Virus record (IMG/VR): IMGVR_UViG_3300020360_000006 | Location: 1-36,393 of that record | Length of the DNA stretch: 36,393 nt | From: a virus | Lineage: Duplodnaviria > Caudoviricetes | Strand: one strand, 5' to 3' | In this document: one piece after another, positions 25,490 to 35,018 of the stretch | Position numbering within the stretch: the stretch's first letter is position 1 | How the letters are laid out: each line of letters starts with the position of its first letter | Notes under the pieces: generated by a model | What the model saw: the letters and a program-made list of their open reading frames with translations, nothing else | Databases searched by the model: none | Told to the model about the DNA's origin: nothing | Translations under genes and position numbers: made by a program

Positions 25490-27886
25490 ATGGCAGATAA
25501 GAAAATTTCTGAATTGACTGGCATGACAGCTAGTGAAATTGCTAATGACGATAATATTGTTATTGCAGATACATCAGATAACCATACGAAAAGAGCGCCA
25601 ATTTCTGAACTAGCGACATTTTTTGGTGTTAATACAGAAGGTATACAAGACACTGTTGGATCTATGTTTACAGGACACAGTTCTCATTCTGGTATAACAC
25701 CAGTATATGATGATCCAAATGGACATATTATTTTTAGTTTAGCAGGCGGTGTAACAACTGCTGAAATGGGATTTTTAGCAGGCACTACATCTGACATCCA
25801 AACACAATTAGATGCAAAAGCTCCTATAGCATCTCCAACATTTACAGGAACACCATCTGCTCCAACTGCATCAGCTAATACAGTAACTACTCAAGTCGCA
25901 ACTACTGAATATGTTGCTTCAGAACTTGGTGATTATGCAAGCGACACAGTAACTTTTACAAACAAATCTGGAAATATATCACAGTGGACAAATGACTCTG
26001 TATATGTAACACCCTCATCAACAGCTACATTTACTAATAAATCTGGTAACATTTCTCAATGGACTAATAATAGCAATTACCTGACTCCTGATAGTACAAA
26101 CACCCTGACAAACAAATCCATTAATGGAAGTAACAATACAATCACTGATATTCCTTACTCTGCAATCACAAGTATTGTTGATACCGATATAACATCAGTA
26201 AGCGCATCTGACGATGAATTAGCATCAAGCAAAGCAATAAAAACTTATGTTGATTCACAAATATCAGGCATTGATACTCTTGCAGAGGCAGGGGACTCAA
26301 ACATATCGTCACCATCAGCAGGACAAATATTGGTTCACGATGGCACTGATAGCTTTGACAACCAAACAAGCACTGTAACTTTATCTGGTGCGGTAACTGG
26401 CACAGCAGACATGGATTCATCTGGTGATTTTGCAATAACAACGACCATACCAACAGACACTATTACAATTAATGGTCAAGCAGTTGCACTAGGCGGTTCA
26501 GCTACTATACCATCAGTGCTACAGTCAGGTGGTACATTTACTGGTGAATTACATTTAAACGATGATGTTGAGTTATCATTTGGTGGCGGAATTGGTAGTG
26601 GTGATTTTAGAATAAAACATGACTCTTCATCTAATAAAACAATTTTTGCCGAAAGCGGTGCAGGTGAGTTAGAAATACAGGCATCAGATTTTGTAGTTAA
26701 AAATGGTGCTAATAACAAAACAATGATCAACGCAGAAGATGGTGGAAGTGTTGAGTTGTTTGAAAATAACACAAAGGTCTTTGAAACATCTGCAACTGGT
26801 GTTGATGTTACTGGCAACATAGTTGTATCAGGTACAGTAGACGGAGTTGATATTGGTGCATTAAACACCGCAGTTGGCAACCTAGCAACTGTAGCAACTA
26901 CTGGTTTATATTCAGATTTATCTGGTTCACCTACCCTAGCCACAGTTGCAACATCAGGCGCATACTCAGATCTATCAGGCACACCAACACTTGCAACAGT
27001 CGCTACAAGTGGTGCATATTCTGATTTATCTGGCACACCTACTTTTGCAACAGTCGCAACAAGTGGGGCATATTCAGACTTGTCAGGTACGCCATCTGCA
27101 ATAGGTGGAGCTAACGCAGTTAATTTTAATGATAATGTCAAAGCAACTTTTGGAGATAGTTCTGATTTAGAAATTTATCACGATGGTACTAATAGCTTTA
27201 TTAAAGATGTAGGAACAGGCGGATTATTTTTAAGAGGTGATACAGTCTTATCACTAGGTGTTGGTAGTGAAAGTGCAGTAAGATGCACAATAAATAGTGA
27301 TGTTAAATTATATTACGATGACGCACTTAAATTCAGTACTACAAGTCAAGGAGTTCAAGTTGCTGCTGACCAAAGATTAGAAATCGTTAATGGCTCTAAC
27401 TGGTCAGGTGAAGTAGTTGGTAAAATAGAACACCATTCAAATAATATGTATCATCAATATAACTCAAATTGGATTGCAAGAAATTCAAGTGGTACTAATA
27501 CTCTTACTATTGATAGTTCTGGAAATGGTACTTTTAATGGCAATGTTACAGCTTACAGTGATAGTCGTTTAAAAGAAAATATTAAAACAATAGATAATGC
27601 TCTTGATAAAGTTTCTAAACTAAGAGGTGTTGAGTACACAAGAAAAGAAACAGAAGCTAGAGAGATTGGTGTTATTGCTCAAGAGGTAAAAGAAATCGTA
27701 CCTGAATTAGTAACTATAGAAAATTTAAAGTCAGATATTAACCCAGATGCCTTAGAGGATATGCACACCATGAAATATGGCAATACTGTTGGTTTACTTA
27801 TTGAGGCAATCAAACAATTAAAAGATAGAAACGAAAAATTAGAATTAATTGTGAATAGATTGATAACTGAGGTTGAGGAAAAGTAG
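25490..27886 (+). CDS. Long fibre protein with C-terminal peptidase S74 intramolecular chaperone
   Basis: MADKKISEL N-terminus, KAPIASPTFTGTPSAPT motif, YSDSRLKENI...IGVIAQEV...PELV. Confidence 0.9.
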   Translation: MADKKISELTGMTASEIANDDNIVIADTSDNHTKRAPISELATFFGVNTEGIQDTVGSMFTGHSSHSGITPVYDDPNGHIIFSLAGGVTTAEMGFLAGTTSDIQTQLDAKAPIASPTFTGTPSAPTASANTVTTQVATTEYVASELGDYASDTVTFTNKSGNISQWTNDSVYVTPSSTATFTNKSGNISQWTNNSNYLTPDSTNTLTNKSINGSNNTITDIPYSAITSIVDTDITSVSASDDELASSKAIKTYVDSQISGIDTLAEAGDSNISSPSAGQILVHDGTDSFDNQTSTVTLSGAVTGTADMDSSGDFAITTTIPTDTITINGQAVALGGSATIPSVLQSGGTFTGELHLNDDVELSFGGGIGSGDFRIKHDSSSNKTIFAESGAGELEIQASDFVVKNGANNKTMINAEDGGSVELFENNTKVFETSATGVDVTGNIVVSGTVDGVDIGALNTAVGNLATVATTGLYSDLSGSPTLATVATSGAYSDLSGTPTLATVATSGAYSDLSGTPTFATVATSGAYSDLSGTPSAIGGANAVNFNDNVKATFGDSSDLEIYHDGTNSFIKDVGTGGLFLRGDTVLSLGVGSESAVRCTINSDVKLYYDDALKFSTTSQGVQVAADQRLEIVNGSNWSGEVVGKIEHHSNNMYHQYNSNWIARNSSGTNTLTIDSSGNGTFNGNVTAYSDSRLKENIKTIDNALDKVSKLRGVEYTRKETEAREIGVIAQEVKEIVPELVTIENLKSDINPDALEDMHTMKYGNTVGLLIEAIKQLKDRNEKLELIVNRLITEVEEK
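26882..27097 (+). repeat. Four tandem 54-bp (18-aa) repeats LATVATSGAYSDLSGTPT
   Basis: Read directly; synonymous codons differ between units. Confidence 0.9.
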
Positions 27887-27888
27887 AC

Positions 27889-28554
27889 ATGACTCTACCT
27901 AGTAGTGGTGTTATAAGTTTAAATTCAATTCAAGGTGAGTTCGGTGGCAGTAATCCTATTGGACTTAATGAGTATTACAGAGGTGGTGGTTTAGTACCCA
28001 ATCATTCTAACACCTCATCTATACCAACAAGTGGTACTATAGATGCTCAAGATTTTTATGGTACATCAGCTACATCACCAATTGATTTAACTCATAACAT
28101 AAACATGAGACAATTTAAGCAAGGTGCAGGAAAGTTTATATTTGATATGTATGGTTATTCTACCAATGTTGTTCCAAACACAGGAACACCATCTGCATCA
28201 GATACATCAATAGTCGCAGGTGGGTTTTCAGCTTCGATAATCGATTCAAATAAACTTAAAGGTACAAGTGCAACTAATGCGGCTTGGCAACTTGGATTTA
28301 GTGTTGCTGGCATAGCTCAATATTTATATCAAAACTATTCTGGTGCTACTTTTCAAGGTCTTGGTTTTCAGGCTTGGAACAACACTAACAATGATAATTC
28401 AGCAGGGGGTCTTGCTTTCACACCGCCAAATTCGTCAGCTACAACTTTAGTTTGGGGTGGCATAACCAGAGCAAATTATGCGGCAATGGGTACTACATTT
28501 GATAACTGGGCGGCAGGTCGGCTTAATTCAAACACAAGTATTGTAATTAGTTAA
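27889..28554 (+). CDS. Putative fibre-tip adhesin / receptor-binding protein
   Basis: LPSSG.ISL..I..EFGGSNPI.L.EYY N-terminus typical of genes following S74 fibres; Gly/aromatic-rich C-terminus. Confidence 0.65.
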   Translation: MTLPSSGVISLNSIQGEFGGSNPIGLNEYYRGGGLVPNHSNTSSIPTSGTIDAQDFYGTSATSPIDLTHNINMRQFKQGAGKFIFDMYGYSTNVVPNTGTPSASDTSIVAGGFSASIIDSNKLKGTSATNAAWQLGFSVAGIAQYLYQNYSGATFQGLGFQAWNNTNNDNSAGGLAFTPPNSSATTLVWGGITRANYAAMGTTFDNWAAGRLNSNTSIVIS

Positions 28555-28643
28555 TGAAATTACACATTTTAGAATTAATTATAACAATAATTGTTTTGTC
28601 ATGTGTTTTTACTTTTATGCTGTCTATAAATAATTTTTTATGA
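28554..28643 (+). CDS. 29-aa hydrophobic peptide (not in ORF track)
   Basis: TAATG and ATGA coupling; MKLHILELIITIIVLSCVFTFMLSINNFL*. Confidence 0.5.
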   Translation: MKLHILELIITIIVLSCVFTFMLSINNFL

Positions 28644-29275
28644 TTTTAAAAGATAATGCTTTAAATCTAAATTTTGATTTAGTTGAAACAAATTGTTATA
28701 AAAGTTTACCTCACTACAATTACTGGCGAGGTTGGTGGAATGAAAAACCAAGAAATATAATTGAAATAGTAATTAAACAATTATGGGAAAATCATATTAA
28801 TGTAAATGAATGTATAGATGGTGGTTTTGAATATTGGGGAAGAACTTTGGACAAGGGGGGTTCTTTAGAATGGCATCAAGACACAGGCGAATATAATTAT
28901 TTAGATGAAAATTACTGGTGTTCAGATGAAAGTTTGTTGTATTACCCAAAAGTAAGTGAAGATTGTATTGGTGGTTTTTTAGAAATAGCACCTTATAAGA
29001 TAAGAAGTACTTTAGAAAATTCACAAACCGCAGGTAGACAAGTTGATACTAACGAAGTTGAAAGAATAAAGCCAGTAACAGATAGAATGGTTTTATTTGA
29101 CTCTGCACAACTACACAGAGTCACATCAGTATATCAGGGAGTAAGATACAATCTAGCAGTTGCACTTTGGAAAAAGAGTCCTGCATTTTTTATTGAATAT
29201 GAAAACTGGAACAATGTTGGTAATTTCAAATTAGAAAAAATTGAATGGAAACACAAAAATGATTTTAAAATATAA
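28640..29275 (+). CDS. 2OG-Fe(II) oxygenase
   Basis: WHQD (HxD), GGFL, LFDS..LHRV (distal H), GVRYNL (2OG-binding R). Confidence 0.88.
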   Translation: MILKDNALNLNFDLVETNCYKSLPHYNYWRGWWNEKPRNIIEIVIKQLWENHINVNECIDGGFEYWGRTLDKGGSLEWHQDTGEYNYLDENYWCSDESLLYYPKVSEDCIGGFLEIAPYKIRSTLENSQTAGRQVDTNEVERIKPVTDRMVLFDSAQLHRVTSVYQGVRYNLAVALWKKSPAFFIEYENWNNVGNFKLEKIEWKHKNDFKI

Positions 29276-29600
29276 AAAAGTATTAAAATGTGCAGTACCC
29301 AAAGGTTGTGAACATATTGAAAATGGCATTATTAGACGAGATGATTTAATGCAAACAGATTTTATACCACAAAATTTTAATGGTTCTTATAAAAACTATG
29401 TTTTAAGAGATGGTCATCAACAATGGGAAAGTATGCACCAAGAAGCTGAAAGAAGAATACAAAAGGAATGGTTGTCTGAGCTTGGTTATAATCCTGATGG
29501 TTTTTATGTTGACCCAGAAACATTTGAAGTAAAACAAAAAAACAACCCTCAATGGAATGTTGAAAAAGAAAAAAATAACACAGAGGTAGAGTCTATATGA
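29259..29600 (+). CDS. Hypothetical protein
   Basis: Coupled ORF; likely start ATG 29259. Confidence 0.65.
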   Translation: MILKYKKVLKCAVPKGCEHIENGIIRRDDLMQTDFIPQNFNGSYKNYVLRDGHQQWESMHQEAERRIQKEWLSELGYNPDGFYVDPETFEVKQKNNPQWNVEKEKNNTEVESI

Positions 29601-30334
29601 ATTTAATATTTACTTATAAGTTTGATGATACAAAGTTAGCGACTTTAAATGGTGATTTACAGTTAGCTTTTCCTGACTATGAAAATATAGAAATTGGAAT
29701 GGAGATAGGCAGACTTGGAAAGATAGACCTTGACCCTGCAAAAATAAAAACGACCCACAAATACTCTGAAAAGATAAAGGAAAATCAGCAAAATTATATC
29801 CTTGTTAATGGGTCTGTTTCTGTAACTTATGAATGGATAGAAGAAGATAACATAGAAGAAAAAGATGTTGATGCTTTTATACAATATCTTGAGGACTGCC
29901 CTGAAACTTGGGAATGTGAAAAAGATTTAGACAACAACAAACTTGTTACAAGAATTACACTTTCAGGTGAGAACAAAGATTGGACAACATTTCCTTTAAG
30001 TTATATGTTAGATACATCAAACCTACATATTGTTGCTGAAAGCACTGATGCAGAGATTATGTGTATCATGCAAAAAAATGCAAAAATCAACTGGAGCATG
30101 CAACACATAGATGTTGCCCCTAATGAGACAATTAAAATAGAAAAACCAGTTTGTGATGTCGCTTATGTGATAACAACACAAGATGCTGTTATAGAAACAA
30201 CACTTCTTGGTTCAGCAAACGATGGACACACAATGCCATTTAACAAATATGAATATAAAAAATTAGAAAGTCCATCTGTAAAACTAAAAAATATAAGCAA
30301 CAAACCAAATAAAATTATTATCTATTCTAGATGA
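29597..30334 (+). CDS. Hypothetical acidic beta-rich protein
   Basis: GAGGT RBS, ATGA coupling. Confidence 0.7.
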   Translation: MNLIFTYKFDDTKLATLNGDLQLAFPDYENIEIGMEIGRLGKIDLDPAKIKTTHKYSEKIKENQQNYILVNGSVSVTYEWIEEDNIEEKDVDAFIQYLEDCPETWECEKDLDNNKLVTRITLSGENKDWTTFPLSYMLDTSNLHIVAESTDAEIMCIMQKNAKINWSMQHIDVAPNETIKIEKPVCDVAYVITTQDAVIETTLLGSANDGHTMPFNKYEYKKLESPSVKLKNISNKPNKIIIYSR

Positions 30335-30957
30335 TTGGCAATTATACTGCACACAAATTATTAACCAATTTTCAAAAATTTGATTTTGAGGGTCGGTTAA
30401 TTAAAAAATATAAGCCAAAGTACAATCTGTACAATTTAATTAATGATGATTTAAAAAAACTGCCAGATGGTTCATTTGGAAAAGATTTTTATAAATACAT
30501 GAACTATGACAACAGTACTATTGTTGATTTATATAACTTATATAAAAATAAAAAAGATACTGAAAAAGTTAAAAGATATAAACAAGACTGGTGTGTAGTA
30601 CATGACTTGCAACATTTCATTACAGGATATGATACATCACTTGCAGGCGAGGGTCTTATGTTTACTTTTGGTATGAGACATGAGTTTAGAATTTCAATAA
30701 TTATGATGTGGATATTTACTGTCATTAATGAGTTCTTTAAAAAGAATGGGTTATTTAAAAGTAAGTATTGGATAAAATTATTATTAGAATCTTATAATTT
30801 AAGCAAAGACACACAATGGTTAATGGAAGTTGATTGGAAAAAAAAATTTACAAAACCTACTAAGCAAGTTTTACAAGAATTAAATATAACAAAAAAACCA
30901 GAACTTTGGTTAATGGCGAAAAGTTATATAAAACACAATTATAAAGGTGAGCAATAA
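30331..30957 (+). CDS. Coq4-family protein
   Basis: LKKLPDGSFG..F and exact HDxxH-x11-E motif (HDLQHFITGYDTSLAGE). Confidence 0.85.
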   Translation: MIGNYTAHKLLTNFQKFDFEGRLIKKYKPKYNLYNLINDDLKKLPDGSFGKDFYKYMNYDNSTIVDLYNLYKNKKDTEKVKRYKQDWCVVHDLQHFITGYDTSLAGEGLMFTFGMRHEFRISIIMMWIFTVINEFFKKNGLFKSKYWIKLLLESYNLSKDTQWLMEVDWKKKFTKPTKQVLQELNITKKPELWLMAKSYIKHNYKGEQ

Positions 30958-30966
30958 TTTAATCAA

Positions 30967-31305
30967 ATGGCAAAAAAATATGATGAAACATATGATCCAG
31001 AAACAGGTATTAAAACAGTATATAAAGGGGATGAAGTAACTGGTAATTTAGAGCAACATTTTTCTCAAGATGTTGAACCAATACTAAAAGCAAACAAAAT
31101 TAAAAGAAATAATTTTGATGGTTATAACAAGGACAAGTCTGTCAAATCAATTGCAGAAATACCAATTGTTGTATTGTATCAATGGTTGCAAGAAGGCGAT
31201 CAATTTCTTTTTTCAATGCCACCGGCAGAACAACACACTTATTTAAGAAAAAAACTTAATGACCCAAAATGGGCATATTTAAAAACTTCAGAGGGAACTT
31301 ACTAA
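30967..31305 (+). CDS. Conserved virion-module protein
   Basis: QDVEPIL..NK..RN...IAEIP...W...LNDP...LKT. Confidence 0.7.
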   Translation: MAKKYDETYDPETGIKTVYKGDEVTGNLEQHFSQDVEPILKANKIKRNNFDGYNKDKSVKSIAEIPIVVLYQWLQEGDQFLFSMPPAEQHTYLRKKLNDPKWAYLKTSEGTY

Positions 31306-31944
31306 ATGGCACTAAATAATTACGCAAACTTAAAATCAAGTATTGCAAACTGGCTAGGTAGATCAGACTTAACAAATGAATTGTCAGATTTTGTAAAATT
31401 AGCAGAGCAAGATTTTAACGCAAAATTAGCACAATATGGTTACAACAAAATGGTTAACCTAGAGTCTGTAACTGCTGATGCTGAATCAGAAAACCTACCG
31501 GATGGATTTTTAGGAATAAATGCTATTTATGTAGAAAGAAGTCCTAAAGTTGCCTTGCAATATGTAACACCATCACAAGCATTTGATATGTTTGGATCTT
31601 CACTGACAGGCATGCCAAAGGTTTATACTATTATAAACGATAAAATACATTTCTACCCAATACCAGACAGTTCCTACACAGTAAAAATGTATTATTACAA
31701 ACAATTTGCACCATTAGTAAATGACTCTGATGCAAACGATATTTTAACAAATCATCCAGATTGTTATTTATTTGGCTCTTTGTATTTTGCCCATACTTTT
31801 ATTAGAGGTATAGATCAAAATATAGTTGCTGAATGGTTTAAATTTTACACAAATGCAATTGAAAGAATTGTAAACATTAACCTTGCTAACAAATACAATC
31901 AAGATGCACCTCTAGTTATGAGGGGTACTGTATCTAACGAATAA
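31306..31944 (+). CDS. Head-tail adaptor protein
   Basis: MAL.NY..LK.SIANWL.RSDLT...F..LAE, GMPK.Y, YPIPD, HPD.YLFGSL. Confidence 0.8.
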   Translation: MALNNYANLKSSIANWLGRSDLTNELSDFVKLAEQDFNAKLAQYGYNKMVNLESVTADAESENLPDGFLGINAIYVERSPKVALQYVTPSQAFDMFGSSLTGMPKVYTIINDKIHFYPIPDSSYTVKMYYYKQFAPLVNDSDANDILTNHPDCYLFGSLYFAHTFIRGIDQNIVAEWFKFYTNAIERIVNINLANKYNQDAPLVMRGTVSNE

Positions 31945-33623
31945 TGGCTTATAAAGATTTTAAAGACTGGTTGCCTGATGCTCCAGAATATAGAAACGAA
32001 GGTCTAGTAAATGCTAGAAATGTAGTTCCTTCTTTTAAATCTTATAGACCCATGAAAGATATAAGCCCAGTAAGCACTAATTCTTTAGACAACAGATGTC
32101 AGGGGTTTGCATCTTTTAGGTCAAGCGCAGGGAATATTACTTCTTTTGCAGGAGATGAAACAAAACTATACAAATATTTAAGTAACTCATTTAGCGATGT
32201 ATCTGGAGGTTTGACCTATTCAACTCCGGCAGAGAATGATTGGACTTTTACTCAATTTGGTAATTTTGTTATTGCAAGCAATGGTTCTAACAACCCCGTT
32301 GTTTGGGAACTAGATAATTCAAGTACGTTTGCTAACTTGTCTGGTGCGCCTACTTTTTGGCACAGCGCAGTTGTTCGTAATTTTTTAGTTACCGCTTGGC
32401 AACCAAGTAATAGAAATAGAGTACAATGGTCATCTATTAATGATCATACAGGGTGGACAGCAGGCACTAATCAATCTGACTTTGAAACAATATTTGATAC
32501 TGCTGAAATTACCGGCATAGTTGGTGGAGAGTTTGGTATCATATTTGGACTTAAAAAAATATTCCAATTAAATTTTGTTGGCGGATCATCAATATTTCAA
32601 TTAAGAACGATAGAACAAGAAAGAGGATGTATTGCTCATGGTTCTATAGTAACAGTTGGAAACACAACATACTTTTTATCACAAGATGGATTTGCATCTA
32701 CAGATGGTGAAACATCTAAATTAATTGGCGAAAACAGAGTCGATGATTTTTTCGATCAGAACTTAGATCAATCTAATATTTTAAGAATAACATCTGGGCA
32801 TGACCCTTTAAATAAATTAATTTTTTGGTCATACCCCACTACAAATTCTTCTAATGGAAATCCAGATCGCATATTGTGTTACAATTATTCTGCTGATAGG
32901 TGGTCTTACATTGACTTAGCAACTCAGTTTGTAGGTAGCGCCTTTACAACTGGAACAACTTTAGAATTACTTGATAACATAAGTACAAACATTGACACCG
33001 GTTTCACTGACTCTTTTGATAGTAGAGTATGGCAAGGCGGATCATTATTCTTTTCTGCTTTTAATGAAAATAACTTTTTTTCTACTTTTAGCGGTAACTC
33101 TTTAGAAGCTGAAATTTCAATTGGAGAGCAAGAATATGCTGAAGGTAAACGTACATTTGTTTCTTCTATAAATCCAGTAATTGATGTTGCCCCTAAAACT
33201 AAAACAGGAACTATAAGTATTACAAACAATACAATCGTAGGTACAGGAACAAGTTTCACTTCAGAATTAAATGTTGGTGATGTGGTAAGAGTAGATGATG
33301 TAACAAGTCAATTTAATAATGCCAAGTTTATTATTGCTACTTTAGTAAGCGACACACTAGCAACAGTAGTTGTTGCTCCTGATACTGTTATTAGTAATGT
33401 TACATTCACTGGTTATACACCAAGTCAAATAAATTTAGTAAGCAGAGAAAGAGCCGGTGGTAAAGTAAAACAAACTGGTTTTAGTGCATGCAATGACAAT
33501 GGTGTAGCTTCATTTCGTCAAAGCGGAAAATATCATAAAATTGAAGTTAAAATACCGGCAAACAGTTCTTGGACAAATGCTATGGGTGTAGAGATAGAAG
33601 CATCAATTGATGGGGTTCAGTAA
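31944..33623 (+). CDS. Tail nozzle / DNA-stabilisation protein (P22 gp10-like)
   Basis: WLPD, WTFTQFG, VQWS.IND, RGCIA..S, FLSQDGF, IGENRVD, CYNY...RWS. Confidence 0.85.
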   Translation: MAYKDFKDWLPDAPEYRNEGLVNARNVVPSFKSYRPMKDISPVSTNSLDNRCQGFASFRSSAGNITSFAGDETKLYKYLSNSFSDVSGGLTYSTPAENDWTFTQFGNFVIASNGSNNPVVWELDNSSTFANLSGAPTFWHSAVVRNFLVTAWQPSNRNRVQWSSINDHTGWTAGTNQSDFETIFDTAEITGIVGGEFGIIFGLKKIFQLNFVGGSSIFQLRTIEQERGCIAHGSIVTVGNTTYFLSQDGFASTDGETSKLIGENRVDDFFDQNLDQSNILRITSGHDPLNKLIFWSYPTTNSSNGNPDRILCYNYSADRWSYIDLATQFVGSAFTTGTTLELLDNISTNIDTGFTDSFDSRVWQGGSLFFSAFNENNFFSTFSGNSLEAEISIGEQEYAEGKRTFVSSINPVIDVAPKTKTGTISITNNTIVGTGTSFTSELNVGDVVRVDDVTSQFNNAKFIIATLVSDTLATVVVAPDTVISNVTFTGYTPSQINLVSRERAGGKVKQTGFSACNDNGVASFRQSGKYHKIEVKIPANSSWTNAMGVEIEASIDGVQ

Positions 33624-33976
33624 TGTCTAAGTCTATTAATTTGTCAGAGGACAGCAAAGTAAGTCTCCCTGCCAAAAATTTAATAACCATAATTGGTGGA
33701 ATTTTAGTTGGATCGTGGTTTGCTTTTGGTGTAATTGAGAGATTAAATGTAATCGAGACTGAGTTACAATTGATGCAACAAGATTTACTTGAAGCCTCAA
33801 CCCAAAAACCTATTGACCAAGAACAATTTATGTTACTTGAGTTTTTGTCAAAAGAGCAAGACAAACTTAAAGAAAAGATTGAAGCTGAAGTACCTAATAT
33901 CAAAAAGAACGATATGACCATACAGTTTCACGAAGAAAGAATTATTGATTTAGAAGAAAAGAATGGGACTTACTAA
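33623..33976 (+). CDS. Hypothetical membrane-anchored coiled-coil protein
   Basis: One TM segment, then coiled coil. Confidence 0.65.
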   Translation: MSKSINLSEDSKVSLPAKNLITIIGGILVGSWFAFGVIERLNVIETELQLMQQDLLEASTQKPIDQEQFMLLEFLSKEQDKLKEKIEAEVPNIKKNDMTIQFHEERIIDLEEKNGTY

Positions 33977-34194
33977 TGATTGAAATGGTATTTGCAATGA
34001 TGATGATTCAAAATGAGGATAAAATATTAGAGTATGTTCCAACTAAAGGTATGTCAGACTGTTTAGCACAGAAGCGAATTGTATCAAGGTCGATAGGTGA
34101 GGATCAAGAAGGTATCAGGGTCATGTGTAAAGAATTAAAAGTCGAGCTTGAAAATGACATGGGTAGATTAAGAATAAAAAGGATTATTGATTAG
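33976..34194 (+). CDS. Hypothetical protein with hydrophobic N-terminus and two Cys
   Basis: TAATG coupling. Confidence 0.6.
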   Translation: MIEMVFAMMMIQNEDKILEYVPTKGMSDCLAQKRIVSRSIGEDQEGIRVMCKELKVELENDMGRLRIKRIID

Positions 34195-34586
34195 TGGCTA
34201 TAGAATACATAAGACGGACACCTACAACTAACCAAGAATATTTTAATAAACAATTAGAACAAGCAGTAAATGAAATAGTTAATAGAGTTAATATTAATTA
34301 TAAAAAAGTTACAACTTCTACTTACGATATTTTAGTTGATAATTTATTTATTGATGTGAATGTAGGTACAGCAACAACATTGTCGCTTCCGCAAAACCCG
34401 CCTATAGGAACAAATTTTATTGTAAAAGATAGCAGTGGTAGCGCAGGAACAAACAATATTACAGTTACACCGGCATCTGGTAACACGATACAAGGTCAAG
34501 CAAACTTTGTAATCAACAACAATTTTGGATCACTAGAAATAATTTATAATGGCACTAATCAATGGTTAGTAATACAGAATCAATAG
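34194..34586 (+). CDS. Virion protein with a fibre-type beta domain
   Basis: TLSLP...G..F.VKD..G.AGTNNITV...TIQG...W motif. Confidence 0.65.
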   Translation: MAIEYIRRTPTTNQEYFNKQLEQAVNEIVNRVNINYKKVTTSTYDILVDNLFIDVNVGTATTLSLPQNPPIGTNFIVKDSSGSAGTNNITVTPASGNTIQGQANFVINNNFGSLEIIYNGTNQWLVIQNQ

Positions 34587-35017
34587 ATATTATAAGAATA
34601 CCAAGCAATAAAATTATAGACGTTTTTCCTCTTGTAAAAAAAGAAATAAATTTGTCGTTAAAAAAACAAGATAATGGATATGACGTTGATAATATTTTAC
34701 AAGAATTACAAGAAGATTTGCTTACCATGTGGATTGCTTGGGATATAAAAAACAATAAGCATATTGGTATAGTAATTGGTCAAATTTATAAAAGACCAAA
34801 ATTTAAAGTTTTTTCTATCTTTATGGTTTTAGGTAAAGATAGAGAGAAATGGCAACATCTAGCACAGAAGAAAACTGAAGATTTTGCTTTAGAAAATGAC
34901 TGTCATAAATGTGTTCATCCGGCACGAAAAGGATGGTCAAAAATTTTTAAAAAACATGATTATAAAGAAACACACGTTGTTTTAGAAAAAACATTAATTA
35001 AGAAAGAGAGAACTTAA
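34562..35017 (+). CDS. GNAT-like protein of the podovirus tail module
   Basis: W....EDFA....C......RKGW.K.F. Confidence 0.55.
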   Translation: MVSNTESIDIIRIPSNKIIDVFPLVKKEINLSLKKQDNGYDVDNILQELQEDLLTMWIAWDIKNNKHIGIVIGQIYKRPKFKVFSIFMVLGKDREKWQHLAQKKTEDFALENDCHKCVHPARKGWSKIFKKHDYKETHVVLEKTLIKKERT

Positions 35018-35018
35018 A

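Noticed and set aside
26476-27141. 221-aa antisense ORF with repeats
   Set aside because: Mirror of the fibre repeats on the opposite strand; no RBS evident
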